Assembly: GCA_051362555.1 (NCBI GenBank)
Contig: CM120640.1
Location: forward strand, 67,620,788 to 67,684,787
Direction: 5' to 3'
Length of the DNA: 64,000 nucleotides
Source of the DNA: Lingula anatina
Lineage: Eukaryota; Animalia; Brachiopoda
Under the pieces are notes generated by a model. It worked only from the letters and a program-made list of their open reading frames with translations. It did not search any database and was not told the DNA's origin. Numbering within the stretch: the stretch's first letter is position 1; each line of letters begins with the position of its first letter. Shown in pieces: positions 38,388 through 50,652 of the stretch. A program made the translations under genes and the position numbers.

Positions 38388-41300
38388 CCTGCATAATTAT
38401 CACTGCTTCCTTATTATTAATCTAGCAGAGAGCTTAACTTTTAGGAGTTTACAAGGAAATATCAACAAGTGTGCTTTATGTAATCTCCTTTAATGGCCTA
38501 TCAATTAGGCAAATGACTTTTCAACTCAGAAATTAGCTACGTGATACCCAAGGGATATTAACAGACTGACCCTCTCAAAGGTCTTTCAGGCCCATAAGTC
38601 ACATCTTAAGAAAAGCACAAAACAATAATGCACAAAATAGGAGACTACCAATTCTGATGCAATAATACATTATGTTTTACTGCACAGTCAACATCAAATT
38701 TTAATTATGCACAACAGGTAACAACGACGAAAGTAAAAGCATAAGGCTTCAGGCCCATCAGAGTTCAAGTTTATACTTAGAAAGTGCCAGAATGAGAAAA
38801 ATGAAAATTTCACACAAAATTGCATAAATTCAATAATAAATGATAACCCAATTAACCTGGCTTTCTAATTTGAACTGCATGCCAATCCTAAAAATCATAC
38901 TTGTAAGTTAAAAATAATAATAAGTAGCACAGTTTTTTTTTTCATAATGTTTGCAGTAGCAATGCAAAAATATTGTTGTCAATTTTGATGTAACATTACA
39001 TAATAAATTATAGAATAATTATCACCAATCTTTGATTATTGACAATAAATAGCATGGACATGTAGAAAAATTGATTACCATTCGGCTTCATGTCCATGGG
39101 AGCTCCGAGTCCCACAGTGAATATGCCAAAAAGATAATGAATATTTCACTCAAATGTATAACTTCCAGAAAAAGAAGCCAATTAGACTGCTTTTCCAACT
39201 CATTCTGCATTTTAGTCCTGTGTTTCTTTTTTAAAGGTCTGACAGTCATAACACGGTTTTCCCATAATGCTCATCATAGCAGCAGCACCAAAAATTGTGT
39301 TTTCTTCTATTTTGATGCAATATTACATAATGCTTAACAGCATAATGACCATCAATTTTTAATAATAGAATATTAGTAACATGGACATTCAGAAAACGTG
39401 ACAAGCAAAGGTCTTCAGGATCATGAAACTTCAAAGTCACACCTTGAAAATGCCAATAAGTGAAAAATTAAATTTTCACAAAAAACTGTTTAACTGCCAG
39501 AAAAAATTACCAAACAGACTGCATTGCCAACTGAAGCTGTATTTTAGACCCATGTTTCTTTCCTGTAAGTTTGAGAACGGTAATTGACATGATTTTTGTT
39601 AAATGGTCATTATGAGAGCAGCACCAAAAATTGTGTTTTCTTCTATTTTGATGCAATATTACATAATGCTTAACAGCATAATGACCATCAATTTTTAATA
39701 ATGGAATATTAGTAACATGGACATTCAGAAAACATGACAAGCAAAGGTCTTCAGGATCATGGAACTTCAAAGTCACACCTTGAAAATGCCAATATGTGAA
39801 AAATTAATTTTTCACAAAAAACTGTTTAACTGCCAGAAAAAATTACCAAACAGACTGCATTGCCTACTGAAGCTGTATTTTAGCCCCATGTTTCTTTCCT
39901 GTAAGTTTGCAAACAGTAAGTGACATGGTTTTTCTTAAATGGTCATCATGGGAGCAGTGCCCAAAATAGGGGTTTCTTCAAATTTTGATGCAATATTACA
40001 TAATGTTTAACAGCATAATGACCATCAATTTTTAATAATAGAATATTAGTAACATGAACATTCAGAAAACGTGACTAGCAAAGGTCTGCAGGCTCATGGA
40101 ACTTCAAAGTCACACCTTGAAAATGCCAATATGTGAAAAATTAAATTTTCACAAAAAACTGTTTAACTGCCAGAAAAAATTACCAAACAGACTGCATTGC
40201 CTACTGAAGCTGTATTTTAGCCCTATGTTTCTTTCCTGTAAGTTTGAAAACAGTAAGTGACATGGTTTTTCTTAAATGGTCATCATGGGAGCAGTGCCCA
40301 AAATAGGGGTTTCTTCAAGTTTTGATGCAATATTACATAATGTTTAACAGCATAATGACCATCAATTTTTAATCATAAAATATTAGTATCATGAATATTC
40401 AGAAAATATGATTAGCAAAGGTCTTCAGGCTCATGAAACTTCAAAGTCACATCTTAAAAATGCCAAAATGTAAACAAGACAGCACTGTTCTGAAATGGGT
40501 TTATTTCCATTTTTAACATTTTTTTAACATAAAACAAAATAAACAGTTTGTTGCCATTTTTATATGACCAACTAAGAAAATTGATGAGATGGGAAAAATA
40601 TCAATAGAACAGTGTTTAATGTCCAATTTCCTCCATTCTGAGATTCTGAACATAGTGGATGATTGAATCTGACAAACTGCAATCATGAGTTTATTACCAT
40701 TTTTGACACTTTATTACACAATACACAATAACAAGTTTACCATCATTTTTACACAATCAATTAAAAATGTTGTAAAAATGCAGGAAATATCAAACAAACA
40801 CTTTTACGTATCTTATTAGTTAAATAATGAGACTGTTAATGTGCCTAATAATTGAATCTGAGGAAATGTGAAAAAACAGCATAACTTCTAAAATAAAGGC
40901 CCGATCATGCTGATTTTCGAACTTGACCTGCGTATTATGAATATCCATCAGTTCTGTTAGTTTCAAGCCAAAAGGTAAAATGTTATTTCACTTATCGTGT
41001 TATTGGTGTTGCATATATGCTGAGAAAAGTGAAAAAACAGCGTAACTTCCCTAAAAATGACCCGATCATGCTGATTTTCGAACTTGACCTGCGGATTATG
41101 AATATTCATCAGTTTTGTAAGTTTCAAGCCAAAAAGTAAAATGGTTTTCCACTTATCGTGTTATCGGTGCTGCATATATGCTGAAAAAAGTGAAAAAACA
41201 GCATAACTTCCCTAAAAATGGCCCGATCATGCTGATTTTCGAACTTGACCTGTGTATTAGGAATATACACCAGTTCTGTAAGTTTCAAGCCAAAAGCAAA

Positions 41301-44300
41301 AACGGTGTTCCACTTATCGTGTTATCGGTAAAAGTGCACGACGGCGACGACGGCGACAACAGACGCAGATGATGGCTATATGTACAGACACATCTGTGTC
41401 TGTACATAAAAATGAAAATTTCACAAAAAATGCATAAATACAATAAACATGATAATCCAATAGCTCTGGTTTTCTCATGAGCTGAAGGCCAATCCTAAAA
41501 ATCGTACTTGTAAGTTTAAAATTATAATAAGTAGCACAGTTTTTTTTTTTCATAATGTTTGCAGTAGCAGTGCAAAAAGATTGTTGTCAATTTTAATGTA
41601 ACATTACATAATAAATTAGAGAATAATTATCACCAATTTTTGTTTATTGACTATAAATAGGATGGACATGTAGAAAAATTGATTACCATTCGATTTCATG
41701 TCCATGGGAGCTCCGAGTCCCACAGTGAATATGCCAAAAAGATAATGAATATTTCACTCAAATGTATAACTTCCAGAAAAAGAAACCAATTAGACTGCTT
41801 TTCCAACTCATTCTGCATTTTAGTCCTGTGTTTCTTTTTTAAAGGTCTGACAGTCATAACACGGTTTTCCCATAATGCTCATCATAGCAGCAGCACCAAA
41901 AATTGTGTTTTCTTCTATTTTGATGCAATATTACATAATGCTTAACAGCATAATGACCATCAATTTTTAATAATAGAATATTAGTAACATGGACATTCAG
42001 AAAACGTGACAAGCAAAGGTCTTCAGGATCATGAAACTTCAAAGTCACACCTTGAAAATGCCAATAAGTGAAAAATTAAATTTTCACAAAAAACTGTTTA
42101 ACTGCCAGAAAAAATTACCAAACAGACTGCATTGCCAACTGAAGCTGTATTTTAGACCCATGTTTCTTTCCTGTAAGTTTGAGAACGGTAATTGACATGA
42201 TTTTTGTTAAATGGTCATTATGAGAGCAGCACCAAAAATTGTGTTTTCTTCTATTTTGATGCAATATTACATAATGCTTAACAGCATAATGACCATCAAT
42301 TTTTAATAATGGAATATTAGTAACATGGACATTCAGAAAACGTGACAAGCAAAGGTCTTCAGGATCATGGAACTTCAAAGTCACACCTTGAAAATGCCAA
42401 TATGTGAAAAATTAATTTTTCACAAAAAACTGTTTAACTGCCAGAAAAAATTACCAAACAGACTGCATTGCCTACTGAAGCTGTATTTTAGCCCCATGTT
42501 TCTTTCCTGTAAGTTTGCAAACAGTAAGTGACATGGTTTTTCTTAAATGGTCATCATGGGAGCAGTGCCCAAAATAGGGGTTTCTTCAAATTTTGATGCA
42601 ATATTACATAATGTTTAACAGCATAATGACCATCAATTTTTAATAATAGAATATTAGTAACATGAACATTCAGAAAACGTGACTAGCAAAGGTCTGCAGG
42701 CTCATGGAACTTCAAAGTCACACCTTGAAAATGCCAATATGTGAAAAATTAAATTTTCACAAAAAACTGTTTAACTGCCAGAAAAAATTACCAAACAGAC
42801 TGCATTGCCTACTGAAGCTGTATTTTAGCCCTATGTTTCTTTCCTGTAAGTTTGAAAACAGTAAGTGACATGGTTTTTCTTAAATGGTCATCATGGGAGC
42901 AGTGCCCAAAATAGGGGTTTCTTCAAATTTTGATGCAATATTACACAATGTTTAACAGCATAATGACCATCAATTTTTAATAATAGAATATTAGTAACAT
43001 GAACATTCAGAAAACGTGACTAGCAAAGGTCTGCAGGCTCATGGAACTTCAAAGTCACACCTTGAAAATGCCAATATGTGAAAAATTAAATTTTCACAAA
43101 AAACTGTTTAACTGCCAGAAAAAATTACCAAACAGACTGCATTGCCTACTGAAGCTGTATTTTAGCCCTATGTTTCTTTCCTGTAAGTTTGAAAACAGTA
43201 AGTGACATGGTTTTTCTTAAATGGTCATCATGGGAGCAGTGCCCAAAATAGGGGTTTCTTCAAGTTTTGATGCAATATTACATAATGTTTAACAGCATAA
43301 TGACCATCAATTTTTAATCATAAAATATTAGTATCATGAATATTCAGAAAATATGATTAGCAAAGGTCTTCAGGCTCATGAAACTTCAAAGTCACATCTT
43401 AAAAATGCCAAAATGTAAACAAGACAGCACTGTTCTGAAATGGGTTTATTTCCATTTTTAACATTTTTTTAACATAAAACAAAATAAACAGTTTGTTGCC
43501 ATTTTTATATGACCAACTAAGAAAATTGATGAGATGGGAAAAATATCAATAGAACAGTGTTTAATGTCCAATTTCCTCCATTCTGAGATTCTGAACATAG
43601 TGGATGATTGAATCTGACAAACTGCAATCATGAGTTTATTACCATTTTTGACACTTTATTACACAATACACGATAACAAGTTTACCATCATTTTTACACA
43701 ATCAATTAAAAATGTTGTAAAAATGCAGGAAATATCAAACAAACACTTTTACGTATCTTATTAGTTAAATAATGAGACTGTTAATGTGCCTAATAATTGA
43801 ATCTGAGGAAATGTGAAAAAACAGCATAACTTCTAAAATAAAGGCCCGATCATGCTGATTTTCGAACTTGACCTGCGTATTATGAATATCCATCAGTTCT
43901 GTTAGTTTCAAGCCAAAAGGTAAAATGTTATTTCACTTATCGTGTTATCGGTGTTGCATATATGCTGAGAAAAGTGAAAAAACAGCGTAACTTCCCTAAA
44001 AATGACCCGATCATGCTGATTTTCGAACTTGACCTGCGGATTATGAATATTCATCAGTTTTGTAAGTTTCAAGCCAAAAAGTAAAACGGTTTTCCACTTA
44101 TCGTGTTATCGGTGCTGCATATATGCTGAAAAAAGTGAAAAAACAGCATAACTTCCCTAAAAATGGCCCGATCATGCTGATTTTCGAACTTGACCTGCGT
44201 ATTAGGAATATTCACCAGTTCTGTAAGTTTCAAGCCAAAAGCAAAAACGGTGTTCCACTTATCGTGTTATCGGTAAAGGTGCACGACGGCGACGACGGCG

Positions 44301-44357
44301 ACGACAGACGCAGATGATGGCTATATGTACAGACACATCTGTGTCTGTACATAAAAA
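37521..44357 (-). mobile_element. Two-head, one-tail HINE-1 composite (tail-less unit 41413-44357 + complete unit 37521-41412)
   Basis: Reverse-strand heads end at 44357 and 41412, with a single tail at 37521. It sits in an A-run of the piggyBac 3' region. Confidence 0.9.
39400..40470 (-). repeat. 337-bp tandem module inside HINE-1 (copy number varies)
   Basis: GTCT(T/G)CAGG anchor at 39411, 39747, 40084 and 40421. The neighbouring unit (~42019-43366) has five anchors, and copies at ~19690-20040 and ~52170-52520 have two. Confidence 0.9.
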
Positions 44358-44454
44358 GCTATAAAAGGAATATCAAAAGAATCAGAGCATACCTTGCATG
44401 TAACACAAAATGCAACACAACACAAATGCTGCCTTCTCTTATAAATAAAATATT

Positions 44455-46647
44455 TCACAAAGATTTCCTAGCTTTCTTTCTAGGTGCTTGAGATCTCTCA
44501 GGGTCATTATAAGTATAGTCAACCATGTAATGATATCTGTAAAAGCAAGGAGCAGGACACATCCTAACCTTGCAGACAGTACATATGTAGATTGTGTCCA
44601 CCCTCTGTAAATGAACAGCACAAGCAGATCTTTTTCTATCTTCTGACATAGCTGGTGCATGGTTGAGATTGCGATTAGAACGCAGTGGGAAGTGTGGCTA
44701 GAGGTCTGCCTGATGTTACTTCCTTTACATTTTGTCCAATGAGTTCTTCAGCTAGCTGACAAGTGAAGTCTTTCAGTTTCATTGATTTTCCACTCGTTTT
44801 CTTGTAAAGGATGTAAGAGTTTACTCTAGCAGTATCAAGCAAAAACCAAAAAAAGTTTCAAATACCACACCACACCTTTCATCATACGCTTGTGGGCATT
44901 GATGCGTTGATCAGACAAGTCAACACCACCCATGTAAGTGTTGTACAGAGTTACAGTTTTGGGTCGAGTTACATTTATCTTTTCCCATTTCCCAGAAACT
45001 TTATCTGATCTTTGCACTATGTCTGAAGTCTCCTCAACAGGTAGAGAGGTAAGTAAGGTTACTGTCTTTTTATGTACAGACACAGATGTGTCTGTACATA
45101 TTGCCATCACCTGCGTCTGTCGTCGCCGATGCCGATGCCGATGCCGGCGCCGTGCACTTTCCTTGTTAACACGATAAGTGGAGGGGAGTTTTACTTTTTA
45201 TGTACAGACACAGATGTGTCTGTACATATTGCCATCACCTGCGTCTGTCGTCGCCGATCATGTCGCCGTCGCCGTGCACTTTCAGCGTTAACACCATAAG
45301 TGGAAGACAGTTTTACTTTTTGGCTTTATATTTACAGAACTGATGAATATTCATAAAACACAGGTCAAGTTCGAAAATCAGCATGATCGGGCCATTATTG
45401 TAGAATTTATGCTGTTTTTTCACTTTTCAGCATATATGCAACACTGTTAACACATTTCAAGGAAAACTGATAGGACTGTTGTCATGAAACTCACAGGAGT
45501 AATCAATCTTACTAAAACGCAGGTCAAGTTCGCAAATCGGCATAATCGGACCATTATTTTATAAGTTATGCTGTTTTTTCGCATTTCCTCAGATTCAATT
45601 CTTAGGCATGTTAACAGTTTCATTATTTAATAAATAAGATATTAAAAGTGTTTGTTTGACATTTCCTGCATCTTTACAACATTGTTAGTTGATTTTGTAA
45701 AAATGATGGTTATTGTGTAATAAAGTTTCAAAAATGGAAATAAACTCATATCATTGCAGTTTGTCAGATTCAATCATTCAGTATGTTCGGAATCTCAGAA
45801 TGGAAGAAAACACAATTTTGGGTGTTGCTGCCATGATGACCATTATGGGAAAACCATGTTACTTATGATTGCCAAACTTTCAAAAAAGAAATACAGGACT
45901 AAACAATGCAGCCTGAGTTGGAAAAGCAGTCTAATTGACTTCTTTTTCTGGAAGTTTTACATTTTCAAAGTGTGAACTTGAACTCCCATGGGTCTGAAGA
46001 CTTATGCTTGTTACACATTTTACTTACATTGGTATTACCTGTTGAGCATAATTAAAATTTGAAGTTGAATTTGAAGTTTAACATAATGTACTTTTGCATC
46101 AGAATTGACAGTAGCCTATTTTGTTATTTCCTGCTTTTTGTCTGTACATTTGACAGCTTTGCTGCCTTGTTGTCTTTCCAAGTGACAGCTGTGAAGGATC
46201 CTTTGTACATGTGAATTGTGTCGCCTCTCTTCAGTTCTTTTACCACAGGAAACTTTTTGCATTTACCGTGTTTGGGAGTCCTTTCCTATTTGCTCTTACT
46301 GTGCCGCAAGGGGTTGATCGTCGTAACAACTCCTTGAATGCAGGGACACTTGTGTAATAATTGTCCATATATAAATGGTGTCCCTTATCTAAAAAGGGAG
46401 AGGTGACTGACAAGACAACATCATGGGTTGCACCATTGTCACTGCCTTCTTTCTCTTTTCCTGTGTACACTTTCAGATTGCACACATATCCAGTGACTGA
46501 CTCGGATATCATAAACAATTTCAGTCCCCACCTGATGGGTTTATCCTTCATAAATTGTTTGAAAGAACACCTTGACTTACATGCTACCATTGACTCGTCC
46601 AGAGAGAGCTCCCTCTTCGGGGCATAAACAGTTCTTATTTTCTGTCA
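44455..46647 (-). pseudogene. piggyBac (PGBD4-like) DDD transposase pseudogene
   Basis: Motifs ELSLDESMV, KPIRWGLKLF, HLYMDNYYTS, CGTVRANRKGLP, WKD|KKTVTLLTS (split by a HINE), YNTYMGGVDLSDQ and C-terminal Cys-rich CTVCKVRMCPAPCFYRYH. It has frameshifts and lacks the N-terminus. Confidence 0.95.
45067..46171 (+). mobile_element. Short HINE-1 with duplicated head (45067 and 45195) inserted into the piggyBac CDS
   Basis: Two consecutive hairpin heads and one tail. Flanks GTC-TTTTT...TT-GTC restore codons D-K-K-T. Confidence 0.93.
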
Positions 46648-47066
46648 ACCCTTGCTTGGATTTCTCTCGTTTGGCCATTCACATCACAATTTTTCGCGTA
46701 TCTCTCAAGCTCCATGATATCATATCTTGGAGAATAAAATTTTATTCTGTCAACATTAGATTTACCTTTTGCAAACGGCGACCAACAATCATTTCCGGTT
46801 TCGTAACGTGTCACAGATACGCTCGCCGATATATATCGCAAAAATTAAGAGCTAGGCTAAAAGTATCCTTTTTAGCGTTTTTTTAATTTATTTATCGATT
46901 TTTCTTTCATTTGTCAATTAATTTAGGCGATTCGATTAACTCTTTCACCCATTTATTAGGTATACAGAAATCAGTTATCCGACTGAACAAATAGGGACGG
47001 TTTTCCCCAACCGCCACGCATAGGCCCTACTCTCTTTCAAAATTTTCTTTCTTTCCTCTGGAAATA

Positions 47067-48950
47067 CGTAATATGCCAAACAATTCGACCAAGATTAATT
47101 AATTAATTTCATGGAAATGTCAGTTTGGTCGAATTGATTAAAATACAGCAAATGGAAACCTTTGATATCGTCGGATTGTTAGGGGCATCTGCCAAAACGT
47201 TCATCTTTCCGGAAGTATTGCATTTTACCGGAAGTGTTACGCAAGATAAGCCGCAATTTTCGCCTAACATGTGTTTCAGGCATGTTTTATCCTCCTGAAA
47301 TCTTATTTTGCTGTGTACAATATGTGCTAACATTACTTAACATTAAAAAAGACGACAATTATAATTTTTAATTATATATTTCCCTCACCTACGGTCACTT
47401 TCATGATGCCCTTCACAAGTGGGACGAGTATGGTGTTGTAAACACAGGCCGGTCACTTATATTTGAAACCGGTGGCTTTAGTGGACTTAAACTAGTTATG
47501 TGATCTACGTACGCCCTATTTGAATTTTAATATGACAACTGAAATCAACCGAATTGAAATTTTTTACCAGTCTGAGATCAGTTTTTTTCAACCCGCAAGG
47601 CTTGCTCAGCGTCGAGGCGAAGACGTACGTACTTCCGAAGAAAATTCAATCACCCGTATCAAAGAATACCAACTGGTACTCAAACGGAAATCAGTGTAAC
47701 TTCAAATTACTATTAAGTATTTTATTTAAAAAGCATGTCATATAAAAACATATTGACAAAAGGCAAAATACGGAGCGTACCTGTGGCGATAGACATACAG
47801 CATTTTGCTGGCATTCTTCCGATTTTCTTACTTATATACTCTCGCTGTGCACAAACCACGGTGCATATTGAAAACCCCACTGATACAACCAGAACGTAAA
47901 AATAGCATTTACTTGCCATAATTTTCACAAAACAGGTGCATTTATAATTTGACGTGAGAATTGAGCACATGCAGAAATGAGAGACTGGTTTTATCTGGTC
48001 TGCTCTAGCATAGCGCAAACCACATGTTAATGAAGACGGTCCCATTTTGGGGGAGGGGGTCACAGGAATGGAGTTCGTCGTGGAATACGCTAAATATTAT
48101 CAACATTTCATGCATCTGGGGAAACAGAAACTGACTCACAGGTAACGTAAATACCCAGTGGAACTCTCTATGAAGCTCCCATGGAGTTAAGGAAGACGTC
48201 ATTTTTATTGTTGACAAATCAGTTATCCATGTAGGTGAACAGCGACACGTGTTCGTCAGATTTTGACAGCGCGTGGTATTTGGCGCCAAGAAGTCTGGGC
48301 GGTCGATCCCGCTGATCTTTCGGTCGATTGTAGTAAATGTAAGATCTTGCGGTGTTGCCTTCAAGAACGTTTCCCCATCTGCATATATATTTCAATCGAA
48401 CTTGAAAATAAATTGCTTATTCTTCCCAAACTTTTTATTAGTGCTAGCAAACGCGATATATGGTCTATATGAAGGTGTTTACGACATATTCTACCCACTG
48501 TCGATATTTGGTTTCATCCAGAATAGACCTTTTTTTAACCCCCCCCCCCTCCCCAGTTACGGGCGTGATGAATCAGTCAGCGAGGGCAAGTCTGCTTAAT
48601 AGCAAAATTTGTATGTCTATAAGCACTATTATTGTCATCGGGGACAAAGGAAAAGACAGGTACGTCATGCTTCCAGATTAGATCTTCAATTAATTGTTTC
48701 TTCCTCATTGACGAGAGCTATTGAAAGGACAACAATTGACAAAGGGCCGAGGCATGCAGCATCTATTTCACTGGCTTGAAAATTTACCGAGTCTTGTCGA
48801 CGATGTGGTCGAACAATCGGAACAAGAAAAAAATTCTGTCCCATGATTTTGACGTATGGACTAATTGTTTGAGCCCAGAAAAATTAATTTTATAAAATAA
48901 TTTTTGTGGTCGGATTGACTGGGCCGGTCGAAATGCTTGGCACATTACCG
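47067..48950 (-). mobile_element. Element C, second near-identical copy (inverted)
   Basis: The ORF track gives identical peptides to 22815-24699 on the opposite strand. TA at 47065-47066 and 48951-48952. Confidence 0.92.
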
Positions 48951-49751
48951 TAGTCCCTTGCCTACACTGGTCTATCGTTTCATTGTGTGAAAAGCTCCAG
49001 TGGCCAGACAATTTTCACGGTGCATGAAGATAAACAGTTAAAAAATACCCACAATAAATTCGGCAACCGTAGGATGCGCCAACATATAGATAATTGCGAT
49101 AGTTTAATATTTGTTGCGATAGTTTAATATTTGTTGCAACAAAGACAAATTAATCAAGCTTATAGATCTAATAAGTAATATGGAGCCCACTAGCATTCTG
49201 CTGCCCAGATGAATATAAGATGCCTTGAATAAAAGTGCCTCGAGCTTCTCTTTAACTGAACTACATCTACCAGTCACTCTACTCATTATCATTATTCCTT
49301 TATTGACACTGTTTGTCAATGTATTTCTTTATTGATACTATTTATGTATACCTTTACTGATTCTATTCATAAGGGAAAGTTACTAGGAGTATTCCTAACA
49401 GTCCTAATTAAATTAATCACATTGCAGCTTATTCTGTGAAAAGCTATCCTACTTTTTCTGTCTCACAAGATACAGTGAATATTCCCTAAAATACATGCTC
49501 ATTGAAGTTGGGCTAAGCCTATACATATTTATATTCACTAATGGTTGCACATGTGCAGCAATGTATTCCACAAATAACATAAAATATTCTACCATGATAC
49601 TTAAGCCTATGTCACATAAAATCCCACCATAACATTTGTTTGTATATCTTGTTGTGTGAAGCCTTACATTATTTTGTGTAAATGCAATGCTAATATCGAT
49701 GAACTAATAATGAGATGTTAATAATGCAAGAACATCCAGCTAGCTAGCTTA

Positions 49752-49966
49752 GGCTGTATTCCCAGAGCTTTTAGATCGATCCATCCCCGCAGGGAGTCTC
49801 ACTAGATTACTGTCAGATAATCCGGCTTAAATGTCCATCCCGCCTACTACAAGCTGTAAGGGGGTAATCAACTTTCGTGTCCGCCCCGCTGACAGCTGTT
49901 TAGCTTGAACCCCCAGGGAGTTAGGTCGATCTAAAGTAGATCAGTCTAATATCTGGAAATGGGGTC
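49752..49966. mobile_element. Harbinger-like MITE within the Academ element
   Basis: TTA|GGCTGTATTCCCAGA ... TCTGGAAATGGGGTC|TAA. Shares GATCGATC, CGCCTACT and AACCCC..GGAGTT blocks with 12715-12933. Confidence 0.55.
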
Positions 49967-50195
49967 TAATACTATCTTATTCAACAGAGAATGAGTTGTT
50001 TCAAATCTTAAAACCTCTAAGTATTTACAAAAATGTAATAATAACACTTATAAACTTTTTATCATTTTCTTTTTTTTTCTTTCTTTCATATCACTTTTAT
50101 CAGTCACATATTGTTATGTAACATCAGCCACGTACGATGTAAACATCACACAATCGGGGCTGCACTTAAAAACAAATTACAATATGTTGACATAC

Positions 50196-50560
50196 CTTCT
50201 TCAGCATGACTGCCTTCTTTCTCAGCTTTCTCATACTTCTTTGCCGCCTGAGATAACCCCTTCTTGTTAGTTAGCTTTCTGTAGCAAAAGTGACATCGTG
50301 GTTTGGCTTCCAAATCGTCGAATCCTATTTCTAAATCCGTACGGATCCACTGAACGGCAGCGGCTTCTCTGCTGCCAAATTTCAGCCATTGTTTCGCTGT
50401 GCTTCTAAAAGTTTTCCAGTGAAGACGTGTGATGGTATCTAGAGTCTCTTAATTAGGTACATGTACCTTCTTCTACTAGTATGTGCAAGCAACACGAAAG
50501 ATGAGAATTTGGCGAAGATTTCGCGTCTCCCTCCTCAGATTCTTCATTACAGCCGACCAT
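50196..50560 (-). pseudogene. First exon of Academ-like transposase (frameshifted)
   Basis: ATG 50560 MVGCNEESEE...CCLH, then in another frame TRLHWKTFRSTAKQWLKFG...PRCHFCYRKLTNKKGLSQAAKKYEK, ending at an AAG|GTATGT donor. The HxxCYxxxT-like motif is as I recall from Academ N-termini. Confidence 0.65.
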
Positions 50561-50589
50561 GCTGCTTTGTTTACATGGCATGGCCTGGT

Positions 50590-50652
50590 GGGAAGGTGAC
50601 GTGACCCCTTTCCGTTGCTTTGATTGGTTAAAAGGCTCGAGCGGCGGGGCTA
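50590..50652 (-). promoter_or_regulatory. Putative promoter of the Academ transposase
   Basis: TGACGT, a CCAAT box (GATTGG on plus) and GC-box-like GGCGGGGC cluster 30-90 bp upstream of the ATG. Confidence 0.4.

Larger units (their letters stand above)
35973..46647 (-). mobile_element. Truncated piggyBac element (one end preserved) interrupted by HINE-1 insertions
   Basis: TTAA|CCCCATAGAG terminus at 35969-35973 lies downstream of a minus-strand transposase remnant. The other TIR was not found. Confidence 0.8.
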
